Assembly (NCBI GenBank): GCA_951406725.2
Contig: OX597814.1
Location: 75,764,001 to 75,828,000 of the forward strand
DNA from: Octopus vulgaris
Lineage: Eukaryota
Length of the DNA: 64,000 bases
Direction of reading: 5' to 3'
This document shows, piece by piece, positions 1 through 12,016 of the stretch (within the stretch, counting starts at the first letter, position 1; every line of letters starts with the position of its first letter). The translations under genes were made by a program, and so were the position numbers. The notes beneath the pieces were generated by a model. It had not been told where the DNA came from. It did not search any database and was given only the letters and a program-made list of their open reading frames with translations.

Positions 1-1638
1 TATATACATACATACATATATACATACATACATACATGTGCATGCATGCATACATATGAAGTATATGGAAAGGAAAAAATTGTAGGTGTAGACGATCTTT
101 AGTTCATAATGTGGTCCTCACCTCTTTTTATATGTATATATGTATAGAGAAACAGACAGATATGCTCATATGAGATCCATTATAATAAGGATAAAGAATA
201 TTATTTTTAATTATTGGAGAATACTATTTAATATCATTTTAGATTATATATTTTCTCTGTGAAATATGCATTTTTCACTAAAGCAACTATTTTTGTTGTG
301 TCTGGAGAGAGTCATTCTCTTCTAGTGCCTATTTTTGCTTTATGACTACAATTGTAATAATATTTTTTTGTGCTTACAATTTACATATATATTAATTCTG
401 AAGATTATCCTAAGATCAATGCTTAAAATCAAGCAGAAGGTTATTGAAAGATAAATGGCATTCCAAATGTAGAACATGTAGAAATTGATATTACTTTGGA
501 ATTATATTTATTAAGCCATAAAATAGGGCAATAAATTGGGTTGTTTGTTTGACCTTTTGCAATCAGAGTTATATCACTATGGATGATCAGCCCTTTTGAC
601 CTTTTCATAGAAAATGTGTAGCTAAGTAAACTGAGGCAATGTAGAATGAAGTACCTTGCTTAAGATCACAATAAAAATACCTGTGGTGGATTTGCAATCT
701 TAATCTTTGTATTCATTTAACTGTTTTGTTTCAATGCTAGACCTGTAGAAATCTCATTTTATAAAGTAAAAGTTCAGTGTTTATCAAATACTGTTATGTC
801 CTAAATGTTTTGATAAAAATATATTGCATAAAATCAATAATTTATATTTCATTTCTAAGTCTTCAAACTCTTCAAAGTAGCAAATTTGATTTGGCAAACT
901 AATATATATTCTACAAGCAAGAGCTGCCAAGACAAAATGCCTAAATTGTACCAAATATCTTCGACTGCTTCCTACCATTTATCTGCATCAATAAATCACT
1001 TCCTGGACAGATTTTATTGTTTTTATTTAATATGAACAATAGAATTTCTAATTTGCAAGTAACTAGATTGTATAAAAATTTTATTATGAACCATTGTTTT
1101 ATTACATTTTGTCTTTTTTTAGTACATTTTCTTTTTGTCTGATAAGCAGGTGTATTATATTTTTGATTCGGTATAACTATATCTAAACAGCTTGCTGATA
1201 TTTAGTACTTTTATGCCATCATAAACATGACCTCTTCACAAAATACTTGACATAATTTGGTCAATAATACTGCATGAAAAAGTCAAACTTAGTTATAAAA
1301 TTAAACAAGATACATTTAGTAATATTTTTATGAAAGCACCAACTGTTTCCTCTTCCACTATTATTAATATATTTATGAATTTTTTTCCTCTTCTGGAATA
1401 ACTAGAAGAACCTTCATCCCCAATCATAAGTTTACTATTTTTTAAAACATCAGTTCCAAAGTTCAAAAGGTTCAGAACTAGTAAAGCATCTTATTCAATG
1501 TGCCAACTTCTCAGCCCAAATCTACTCATCTTAAAAAACCTGAAAAAAGTGTTTTTACCTATTTCTCATAACTTATTTGAACCATATATAAATACAGTTT
1601 TTGTTTTGTATGTGTTTGAATGTTAAAGAGGGCTAACT

Positions 1639-2325
<687 letters not shown>

Positions 2326-2552
2326 GTCCGTGTGTAGTATCCGTATCTTCGGGGAGGCTGATCTCCCTTTGCAGGCTGGCAAGGACACCGAGATGGTGTC
2401 AGCTCTTCTGGTGACGTTGATGTTCGCCTGGGGCTAAATGCATCAGTAACACCCCCACCACCCCGCCCTGACCCTAGCCACATTCAGATGGCTGATCCCC
2501 CTTATGTTATAGAGCAGTTACTGTCTATATCTCGCTCAGAGATTTATTATTG

Positions 2553-2601
<49 letters not shown>

Positions 2602-2762
2602 TATATATATATATATATATAGGATATGAGAGGTTTAGTATACAGCTGATCAAAAGGAATAGGTACGCTGAGTAAGTGCTATAATTGGTCATCCGTCAGG
2701 TTCCAAGTTCACAGCTGAGGCTGGTGCTAGGGATCCGTATTAGGCTTCCATTTTAGCAGGTA

Positions 2763-2928
2763 TACATTAGAGGAAAAGAACATCAAAAACCAAGGCAGGA
2801 TGAGTATCTCAAGTCATTTATAATAATTTAAGTAGGGTAAGGTTAATGTTACCTTAATTAAATTATTATAAATGACTTGAGATACTTGTCCTGCTTTGGG
2901 TTTTTTTATGTCCTTTTCCTCTAATGTA
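2763..2928. repeat. Fold-back inverted repeat with ~70-80 bp arms
   Basis: TACATTAGAGGAAAAG...TCTCAAGTCATTTATAATAATTTAA is reverse-complemented by TTAAATTATTATAAATGACTTGAGA...CTTTTCCTCTAATGTA. Confidence 0.9.
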
Positions 2929-2956
2929 TGTGTATGTGTGTGTGTGTGTATGTGAT

Positions 2957-3075
2957 TGAGGGGGTGCTGAAAAGTTGAAAAGTTCCTGGCTTTGGGAAAA
3001 AGTAAATATAAGATATCAGTTAATTATGATCTAATTCAACATATTCCCATTTCAGAACTATACACTTATTACACG
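2957..3075. mobile_element. Mariner-like terminal fragment
   Basis: TGAGGGGGTGCTGAAAAG...TTCCTGGC resembles mariner TIR starts; no ORF or partner TIR seen. Confidence 0.35.
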
Positions 3076-3104
3076 AAAAGAATTTTGAAGTTTAAGCCTC
3101 AAAT

Positions 3105-3411
3105 GAGGCCTTTCATAGTTAAGGTGGTTCAGGTGTTGCACTGATGATTGCGAGATCGTGGGTTCAATTTCCAGACCGGGCACTACATTGTGTTCTTGAG
3201 CAAAGCACTTCATTTCACATTGCTCTGCGATCATTTCGACATCTGACATGTGGCACCTGTTGCACCTGTACAGGTAATGTTGTTCTGATGGAGAGAATGA
3301 GCTTATACCTACACAAACATTTGATCACTATAATCAAATCATCTGTATGGTTGTTTGGTAAGAAATTGTCGAACCTTCATACGTTGTCTAATGACGGGAA
3401 AGTTCATCATA

Positions 3412-3449
<38 letters not shown>

Positions 3450-3730
3450 TTAGTGGTTAGGGTGTTGCACAAATGATCTAGCAATTGTGATTTCAATTCT
3501 TAGATCAGATGGTTTGTTGTGTTCTTGAGAAAAACGCTATATTCTGTTGCACTTTGATCACTTTGACACCTCATATATGGTACACTGTGCACCTGTTCAG
3601 ACAACATCAATTTGATGGAGAGAGTGAGCTAATGTGCACCATGGACATTTAATCACTATAAACAGATTGTGCAGATAATTCAGCAAAAGCTGAACGCTCA
3701 TATGTTGTCTTCGATGGAAGAGTCTATCAT
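3105..3730 (+). mobile_element. Two tandem tRNA-derived SINE copies (~3105-3410 and ~3445-3730)
   Basis: A/B-box-like heads (TGGCTTAGTGG; GGTTCAATT) and a shared body (TTGTGTTCTTGAG, GCACCTGT, GATGGAGAG, ATCACTATAA) in both copies. Confidence 0.7.
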
Positions 3731-4708
3731 TATTATCATTACTCATTTTAGTGTTTTTCTTGACTACAATATCTAATGAGTTCTTGAAGATGGATGGATA
3801 TGATTTGTAGGTTTGGTTACTACTGCTTGCAGATTGCATAATTTGACAGGGATTCTCTCTCTGACTCTTCTTCTAATGATATGACTGAGCAAAATATAAA
3901 TCTGGATAATCTTTCATTGTATTAAAAGAAAATAAGAGAACCCATAGCCTATATTATTGACTTTCTGTATTAACAGGGTTGTCAGACTTATACACAGGAA
4001 CTGATACTGTAAAATTTCTGATTTTCCAAATGGCATTACTGACATAAGCAGAGAAAAATAGCAACAACTGGAAATTAGATCTAGAACCTAGACAGGCCAT
4101 TAAGAGCTTATCTCTACCCCACAATAAGATAGGGAAAGAGAAAGAGAGAGTGAGATGGTTTTTGCTTATATTGTACTAATGAAACATGAAAGTTCTCCAT
4201 ACAACCTGGTGTTGGAAGTAATGTAGTCTAATATATATTTATTTACATGTAAGGGAAACAAAATTTCCATAACTAATCCAGACCAATATTTTGTTCAATT
4301 GTACACAGTGAATTTCATCTACTGTTATATACATTTGACTAATAGGCTAATGAATGAAACATATCAATAAACACACATGTGTGCATATAAAAACTGCATT
4401 GACATAGACATTGAAAGAAAAAAACAGAAAACACTTGGTGCCAAACATTCTAAAGACCTGTTGGACAAGAGTGAAGAGAACAGCAGCAGCTTGGTCTAAC
4501 TGATAAAAGCTTCTGTCTTATACCTTTCACTGTGTGACGTACATAAGACATAATGTGGAAGGCCTTAAATCTAAGAATCTAAATAATATATGGTAATATA
4601 TTACATTTACAAGTTCTTATCTTGGATAGAAAAAGAACAGGTGCTCCAACATGACTTGACACTTATGTGTGTGTGTATACATATACGATATATACATATA
4701 TATATATG

Positions 4709-5020
4709 CCTTACTATAACGGGTGTTGTCTGTCTGTTTGTTCCCTCTTCACGGTCAAAAGGCTTGACTAATGGTCACAATGTTTTGCAGGATTATGAAG
4801 GAGGTAATCAGGAAGGTTTTTAGTGAAAAAATATAAAAAAGTATGATTATTTAGTAGATATTGACTTTTGTATTAATAAATATCCTTTGATTTTTTTTTT
4901 GTTAAAATTCCAGTGATGCGAATTAACTCTGGATTTCCTTCCGTATAGTTTGTAAATTTAGAGGTTTTAGATTTGCGATACTATCCCTTTATTTCCAATC
5001 ATAGATGGGCAGGTTTGCTA
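4709..5020 (+). mobile_element. Short non-autonomous Helitron-like element
   Basis: Start CTTACTATA followed by GTCT/GTTT repeats and CTTCACGG; ends GGGCAGGTTTGCTA; immediately followed by a homologous 5' end at 5021. Confidence 0.5.
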
Positions 5021-5727
5021 TCTTACTATACTAGGTGTCGTGTCCGTCTCTTTGTCTCTTTGTTTGTTCTTTCTTCATGGCCAGATGACTGGACCAGTAG
5101 TTATGATATTTTTCAGGATTGCAAAGATGGTCATCAAGAAGGTTTTTAGCATTAAAAAATCAGAAAGAATGATTATATAATGGACATTGATTTTTGAAAT
5201 GATAAGCCAACTTTGCATTTTTATTAAAAAAATGCCGAGTAATTCAAGATTTTCATCATATAGTTTGTGGCCCCATCGTAGATATGAAGGGGATTGTAAT
5301 GATGGTTAATAGTAAAAATAGAATGGAAAATGTGTGTGCCAGTATATAATGTGTGTGATCATTAAGTGGTTATTGAAGTGTGTCAGTCTCGGGCAGGATT
5401 TGAAACGGCTAATCGATGCAGCTGTTGCTTACATCTCAGTTTTGTCAATCAAAATAACCCATTGTACCAGAATATCCAGACATTATTCGCATAAAACAAT
5501 GAGAGGTAAGTCTTAGCTTGATTCTTTGCAACCCTAAAGATTCTGCTTGCACATTCATAGCAAACAAGACACAGGGCCAGACTTTAGATCATGTTGGTGT
5601 ATTTTTACCCACTCTGATGTTTACACATGGCCAGTTATACATCGCTATGAGTAGAGCAATGGACACCAGTAATTTGAAAATTAGTGTTGACCAAACAGAA
5701 AATATTGTCTACAAACAAGTTTTGTAA
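5021..5727 (+). mobile_element. Helitron remnant carrying the C-terminus of a PIF1-like Rep/Hel helicase
   Basis: ORF 5518-5727 reads NKTQGQTLDHVGVFL...FTHGQLYIAMSR...TENIVYKQVL, matching PIF1/Helitron helicase motifs V-VI and the typical C-terminus; 5' end TCTTACTATA is homologous to 4709. Confidence 0.8.
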
Positions 5728-6084
5728 TTATATTAATATTATCAAAAGGAATATGATTCATAACATAACTAAGAAAATTTGTGAACCTTGAATGTATAAG
5801 AGTATAAACAAGCATAAAATAGTGTAAACAACTAAAATAAAAGTATATCTAAATAACATTTTTTTCTTAATTCTTTTTATGTAGTGGTCGAAAGAAGCTC
5901 TAGCTTTTGTTAGGAGTGGTCCACATAACCGTTCATGATACAGAGGCTGGGAGCCTATTTTGGTTCAGGAGTGAATCGTCATCACATTTCACTTAGTTGC
6001 AAACATGTCATATAGCTGCAATAGAATGCTGCATCACCAAGAATAATGTGATTTCTCTAGAGAACAGCAGTATGAAGATGTGTA

Positions 6085-6691
6085 TGGATGTTTTTCTCTC
6101 CCACCCTTTCCCTATTCTCTTCTTCCCTTCACCATTCCCTCTCTCTCACTCTTCCTCCTTGACTCTCTCATTGATCACACGTGACTAACAGCCATTCTCT
6201 CTTTCTTCCATTTCCTTCCTAAAGACAAGATGTGCTTTTATCTGTCTCTTCTCAAAGCTCGTTTTTCTAGCGTTCATAATCTTAACATTGTCTTGGCTTA
6301 ACAGCCATCACCATTAGTTTTTACTGTTTTGTTCTCACTGTCCTGTTTTTGCTACCACTTTCACCCTCTGCAAAAAATCCCAAGTTTTATTTAATTTGCT
6401 TTGCGTGAAGGACTGTTTTAACAAAGTAATGTCTTGTCCTTACCTTTGAAATGTGGAGTAGATAAAACAGGAGACAACTGATGACGGGAATGTTCTTTAT
6501 GTTGCATGTCTTGTTTCTCTGTTTGTTTGTTTTTTTCATTGTTCAAAAAAAGTTTGTTTTCTATGTTTTTGTTTTTTTTTGTTTGCGTTTCTCATTCTGT
6601 CCACGTTTTTTTGATGTCCTGTACACATATATGCATGTACATATACATATATATGCAGGTATGTACTTATATGTAAGTATATATGCATATA
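6085..6691 (+). mobile_element. Non-coding repeat family A, copy 1 (permuted-hammerhead element)
   Basis: Homologous to 10145-10830 (+) and 38908-39905 (-): pyrimidine tract, CACGTGAC, CTGTCCTGTTTTTG, GTCTTGTCC...GACAACTGATGA. Confidence 0.85.
6428..6488 (+). ncRNA. Non-circularly permuted hammerhead-like motif, family A (decayed)
   Basis: GTC-TTGTC(C)-TTACCTTT-GAAA-TGTG...(A)GACAA-CTGATGA-CGGG; stem I retained, stem III eroded. Confidence 0.5.
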
Positions 6692-6773
6692 TGTAAATGT
6701 AAAAAAATACAAACTGGGACAAGAATGTGAAACATTTAGAAGGCGATACAAAAAACACGGACGGGACATTCGA

Positions 6774-6839
6774 AGCCTTCAATCTTCAGTCAATAACCGG
6801 ATCATCTTCGCAATTTCGGCTGATTAATCTTGAGATTGC
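6774..6839 (-). ncRNA. Non-circularly permuted hammerhead-like motif, family B copy 1
   Basis: Minus strand GCAA-TC-TCAAGA-ttaatc-AGCC-GAAA-TTGC-(14 nt)-TATTGA-CTGAAGA-ttgaa-GGCT; one mismatch in stem I. Confidence 0.65.
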
Positions 6840-7528
6840 TCCGATCTGGCCAGCCCCAAAGGAAAATCTAAGCCAAGTGCATTAGATTCCTTGGAAGAAA
6901 GCCTCAAATGTATACAAAACAAGGACGGAAAAACGGAAAATGTTACATGAATAAAAATACAAAAATACGTAAAAACAATAATGATAGCATGAATAAGAAT
7001 ACAAAAATACGTAAAAACAATAATGATAATAATAATAACAAAAACAGGACGTCACAGACAAGCGTTTTTTCGACAGGACGAGTAAATTTTTGAGCTGGCG
7101 TTAGAAGAAAGCCTTAGGGCTACAGAGAGATAAAAAAAAGTGTGTCTTGCCGCAACGGCTGCTGGACACGAAAGGCCAGCAATCGGTGGCTAGTCACGTG
7201 AGGGAAAGAGAGAGGAAAAGAGGGACAGATGAAGAGAGAAAGAAGGGGAACAAGGAACAAAGGAGGAGGAGAAGAGAGAGAGAGAGAGAAAGAGACAGAT
7301 CAAGTGGAGTGCAAAGTGTGAAAGGCAGAGAAATGTAGGAGAGGAGGGAGAAAGACAGTGTTGTAGAGTCGTACCATGTGTTAAAGAATATATACTTATG
7401 TATAGGATCAAAAAGGGTACGTCGCCGCTATATATATATATATATATGTAAATGTAAAAAAATACAAACTGGGACAAGAATGTGAAACATTTAGAAGACG
7501 ATACAAAAAACACGGACGGGACATTTGA

Positions 7529-7594
7529 AGCCTTCAATCTTCAGTCAAGAACTGGATCATCTTCGCAATTTCGACTGATTAATCTTGAGATTGC
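7529..7594 (-). ncRNA. Non-circularly permuted hammerhead-like motif, family B copy 2
   Basis: Minus strand GCAA-TC-TCAAGA-ttaatc-AGTC-GAAA-TTGC-(14 nt)-TCTTGA-CTGAAGA-ttgaa-GGCT; stems I and III perfect, stem II has one G-U pair. Confidence 0.7.
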
Positions 7595-7784
7595 TCTGAT
7601 CTGGCCAGCCCTAAAGGAAAATCTAAGCCAAGTGCATTAGATTCCTTGGAAGAAAACCTCGAATGTATACAAAACAAGGACGGAAAAAAGGACAATGTTA
7701 CACGAATAAAAATACAAAAATACGTAAAAACAATAATGATATATTTATATATTATTTATATCATTATTATATATATATATTTAT

Positions 7785-8892
7785 ATCATCATTATCATCA
7801 TCATCATCATCGATTAATGTTCGTTTTCCATGCTGGCATGGGTTGGATGTTTTGACTGAGGGCTGAACCAGGCTCCATTCTGGTCTGGCAGAGTTTCTAC
7901 AGCTGGATGGCCTTCCTAACGCCAACCACTCTGAGAGTGTAGTGGGTGCTCTTTATGTGCCACCGGCATAGTAGCCAGTAAGGCGGGCCTGGCAATGATC
8001 ACATTTGGACGGTGCTTTTTACATGCCACCGGCACAGGAACCAGTATGAGAGTACTGGCGTTGGTCACAATTGGTTGGTGCTTTTTATGTGCCACCAGCA
8101 CCAGAGCCAGTAAGACAGGCTTGGCAGCGAACACGTTCAGATAGTGCTTTATAAGCACCACCAGCACAGGAGCCAGTCAGTGGGGTACTGATATCGGTCA
8201 CAATTGGCTGTTGTTTTTTACGTGCCACTGGCTCAGTAACCAGTCAGGCAAACCTGGCTTTGACAACATTCAGAAGGTGCCTTTGACATGCCATTGGCAC
8301 GGAAACCAGCCAGAGGAGACCAGCTCCAGCTATGATATTGGTTTTACTTGACTCAACAGGTCTTCTCAAGCATATGATATTGCCCAATGCATCAGGAGTA
8401 TTTTTAGCAGGGCAGGATGTGATTGGCTGCCATTTCACTTCAGTTGCCGGGTCTTCTCAATCACAGCATATCTCCAAAGGTCCCACTCTCCTGTCATTGC
8501 CTCTGTGAGGTCCAATGTTCGAAGTTCATGCTTTACCACCTCATCCCATGTCTTCCTGGGTCTACCTCTTCTACAGGTTCCTTCTACAGTAGGGAGTGGC
8601 ACTTCCTCACACAGTTATCTTCATTCATATGCAAAATATTGTCATACCAGCGCAGTCGTCTCTCTTGTACACCACATTTGATGCTTCTTATGCTCAACTT
8701 TTCTCTCAGGGTGCTTACACCCTGTCGTGTATGCACACTGACATTGCACATCCAGCGGATCATACTAGCTTCATTTCTTTCTAGCCTACACATGTCATCA
8801 GCAGGCACAGCTCATGTTTCACTACCATGAAGAATGGAAGTTCACACACATGCATCATACAATCTACCTTTCATTCTGTGCAAGAGGCCCTT
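7785..8892 (-). mobile_element. 5'-truncated RTE-type LINE (same family as 49374-53565)
   Basis: RNEASMIRWMCNVSV...VQERRLRWY peptide, repeated 3' UTR units and (GAT)n tail. Confidence 0.9.
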
Positions 8893-9011
8893 TATATTGA
8901 TATATATATATATATATGTATAGGGAGAATTCACAAAAAAAAGCAAAAGACAAAGACAGGTAGTGTAGACAACAAACAGATGTATAAGTATAACGCTTGG
9001 GAAGTGAAAAA

Positions 9012-9050
9012 GTCTTTTACGTTTCGAGCTTATGCTCTTCCACAGAAAGA
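9012..9050 (-). ncRNA. Atypical minimal type I hammerhead-like motif
   Basis: TCTTT-CTGTGGA-A-GAGC(ATAA)GCTC-GAAA-CG-TA-AAAGA; stems I and II perfect, core A6 substituted, extra A before stem II. Confidence 0.5.
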
Positions 9051-9640
9051 AACAAAGAGAGAAAATAAAGATATATATATATATATATCTCATTCTGAGA
9101 ATAAGAGAAGGAAAAAAAGATTCAGGTACAAACAGTATAATACATAAACCCATATATTCACACATGAGACACACATACACATACTTAAGATGGAATGAAA
9201 AAATAAAGAGATAAATAAGTATATAAACGAATAAAACAGAAAAACTAAATAAAAAATAGAAATACAAACAGTGTAGTAGGCAAACCGATATGCATATACA
9301 CAAAGCACATATACTAAACACATAGACACACACACACATGCACATATACAGATGCTAATACATGCACAGATCAGGATACACACCACAGAAAGACAGAGTG
9401 AACTAAACAGAACAGGAGAAGATACATGTGATAGAGAGTCACTGAAGAGGTAACAGGATGTGTGACAAAACATTTCAGACAAAAGACACTAAAATATGAC
9501 TAATGATAAAGATGAAATCAAAAACAAGTATATAGTGCATGTGGTTATTTGGCAAAAAGGAAAAAATGACTATCCCCAAATATAACAATATATTTCAACA
9601 CATGATTTCACATCAGGAACCTTGCAAAACAAATACATAA

Positions 9641-9687
<47 letters not shown>

Positions 9688-9756
9688 CTTAAAAAAAGAT
9701 AAGAAAATGGAGATAAGGAAGCTAATAATTGTTTATTAACAAATTGGTCATTTTCA

Positions 9757-9849
9757 CTTCTTACAGCCGTTTCAGTTAATACTCAATAATTTAATTACAA
9801 ATTTGTACATTTACATTTATGCGACATGAGTATAATTTCATCAGAGAAA
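9757..9849 (-). ncRNA. Minimal type I hammerhead ribozyme motif
   Basis: TTTCT-CTGATGA-AATTATACTCA...TGAGTATTAACT-GAAA-CGGCTG-TA-AGAAG; complete core and three stems. Confidence 0.75.
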
Positions 9850-10144
9850 AAGAAAGTGTGACTTTGGATGTTATATGTAGAGCTATGAATTCATTTCAAC
9901 AAACTAAATGTTATGGTTTATGATTTGCATTATTATATGCTTGGGGGAATGGTTTGCAGGTTGATTACAATATGACTAGGGATAAAGTAAAGTAAATAAA
10001 TTGAACTAGAACAATAAATAAAGTAAATAGAGATGATTGAGGAAGATAAATATAAATAAGGTAAATTTATATTTCATAAAAGAATGAAATATTCATTTAT
10101 AAGGTATAAGAAAAATTATAGAAATTTTATCTTAATAATTATGA

Positions 10145-10830
10145 TGCGCACTCTTCTACCTTTACTATCTCTTCTCTGTCTATCTCTCTCCCTCTCTTGT
10201 TCTTCATCCTTTCTGGTTTTCTCTTCCACACTTCCCTATTCTTCTCCTCTCCTCTTCACCGTTCCCTCTCTCTCATTCTTCCTCCTCGACTCTCTCATCA
10301 CTGACATGTGACAAAAGACAATCTGTCTTTCTGCCCACAACCTTGATAAAGAAAAAACGTGCTTATACTGTCTCCTTCATAAGCTCGCCCTCCTAGCATT
10401 CAAAAATATTTTTTCTATCATCTCGTCTTAACAGCCCTCACCATATGTTTTTACTATTTTGTTCTCACTGTCCTGTTCTTGTTACCACTTTCACCCTCCA
10501 CAAAAAATTCCAAAATTTATTTAATTTGCTTTGCAGGAAGGACTGTTTTAACAAAGTAACATCTTGTCCTTGCCTTAAAAATGTGGAGTAGTTGAAACAG
10601 GGACAACTGAAGAAGGGGAATATTCTTTATGTTGCATGTCTCGTTTCTCTCTTTGTTTTTTCTGTTGTTCGAAAAAATGTTCTTTCTATGTTTTTGTTTT
10701 TATGTTTGCATTTCTCATTGTGTTCAACGTTTTTATGATGTCCTGTACCCATACATGCATGTATATATACATATATATATGTAGATATGTACATATATGT
10801 ATGTATATATGCATATATTTATATATTATT
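10145..10830 (+). mobile_element. Repeat family A, copy 2 (permuted motif at 10558-10618, GAAA mutated to AAAA)
   Basis: AACA-TC-TTGTCC...AAAA-TGT...GGACAA-CTGAAGA-AGGGG; homologous to 6085-6691. Confidence 0.8.
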
Positions 10831-10835
10831 TATAC

Positions 10836-10870
<35 letters not shown>

Positions 10871-11086
10871 TACATATGCTCACATACACACAGAGATACA
10901 TGCACATACATGCATGCGCATATATATATACATATATATATGCATTCTTCGTACCCATCACCCCCCAAAAAAGAAATTACAATAGATACATATTATATGT
11001 GCGTGTGTGTACGAGTGTGCATACATATTTATGCATGGATGTGTATGTATATGCGTGTATCTGTGTGTGCATGTGAGCATATATAT

Positions 11087-11167
<81 letters not shown>

Positions 11168-12016
11168 TATATATAAATTTTTATAATTTACTTATACCTT
11201 ATAAATGAATATTTCATTCTTTTATTAACTATAAGTTTATCTTATTTATATTTATCTTTTCTCAATCATCTCTATTTATTTTATATATTCTTCTAGTTCT
11301 ATTTATTTTCTTTACTTTATCCCTAACCATATTCTAATCAACCTGTAAACCCTTCACCTGAGCATATAATAATACAAATCATAAATCGTAACATTTAATC
11401 TGCTGAAATAAATTGATAGGTCCACAGTTACATCTTTTTTTCTCTGATGATACCACATAAATGTAAATTTGCTGTACAAATTTTCTCCACTTTCTTTCTT
11501 CTTTGAAATGGATATAAACTATATGCTTAATGTATACCTATTGTTTTAAGGGAATTTCATTCCCCCCAAATATTAGGTATTGAACCAATATTTCCTTGGA
11601 TGCAACCATCCCTTCAAGAGGTTAACATATCCTTTAAATATATATACATAGAGAGAGGGAGAGAGAGAGAGGGGGGATGGAGAGGGAAAGAGAGAAAGAG
11701 AGATAATAGTATATGGAACAGATTCTTTTTTCAAATCCTAATACCACAATCCTACTATGCCAATTGATTATTATTCAATTTATGCAAAATTATAATCTTT
11801 TTAAAATCAAATTTATCTCACCAAATTTTTCTGAAAGCAGATTTAGAAATTACTGACAAACACATCTACAGGTGCATTGTTCCCATAATGTTGCATTATT
11901 TTTCTATTGTAGGAAAGTGAAAGTAAATTGTGTTTCATTCTTAGGGCTATTTCCAGGATCATCATCATTATTGCTGCTGTTGTTGTTATTGTTATTGGTG
12001 GTGGTGGTGGTGGTGG

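Larger units (their letters stand above)
6692..7745 (-). mobile_element. Non-coding repeat family B, partial tandem (~290 bp direct repeat, 6692-6985 / 7446-7740)
   Basis: Near-identical direct repeats with ~755 bp period, flanked by (TA)n; same layout as family A. Confidence 0.85.
9690..11505. repeat. Inverted pair of a Penelope-style non-coding element (9690-10128 / 11177-11505) enclosing family A copy 2
   Basis: 11177-11450 is a diverged reverse complement of 9838-10128; the right copy keeps CTGATGA but lacks the GAAA half. Confidence 0.8.

Noticed and set aside
784-1545. Possible minus-strand exons with TTTCAG/TCCAG acceptor-like sites
   Set aside because: Frames I read contain stops and no recognisable domain; a host gene cannot be supported.
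2641-2705. Minus-strand CTGACGGA-TGACCAA...TTGATCA-GCTGTA as a hammerhead
   Set aside because: No GAAA strand and no stem I.
3105-3190. tRNA gene
   Set aside because: A/B-box-like head without a cloverleaf, continuing into a repeated SINE body.
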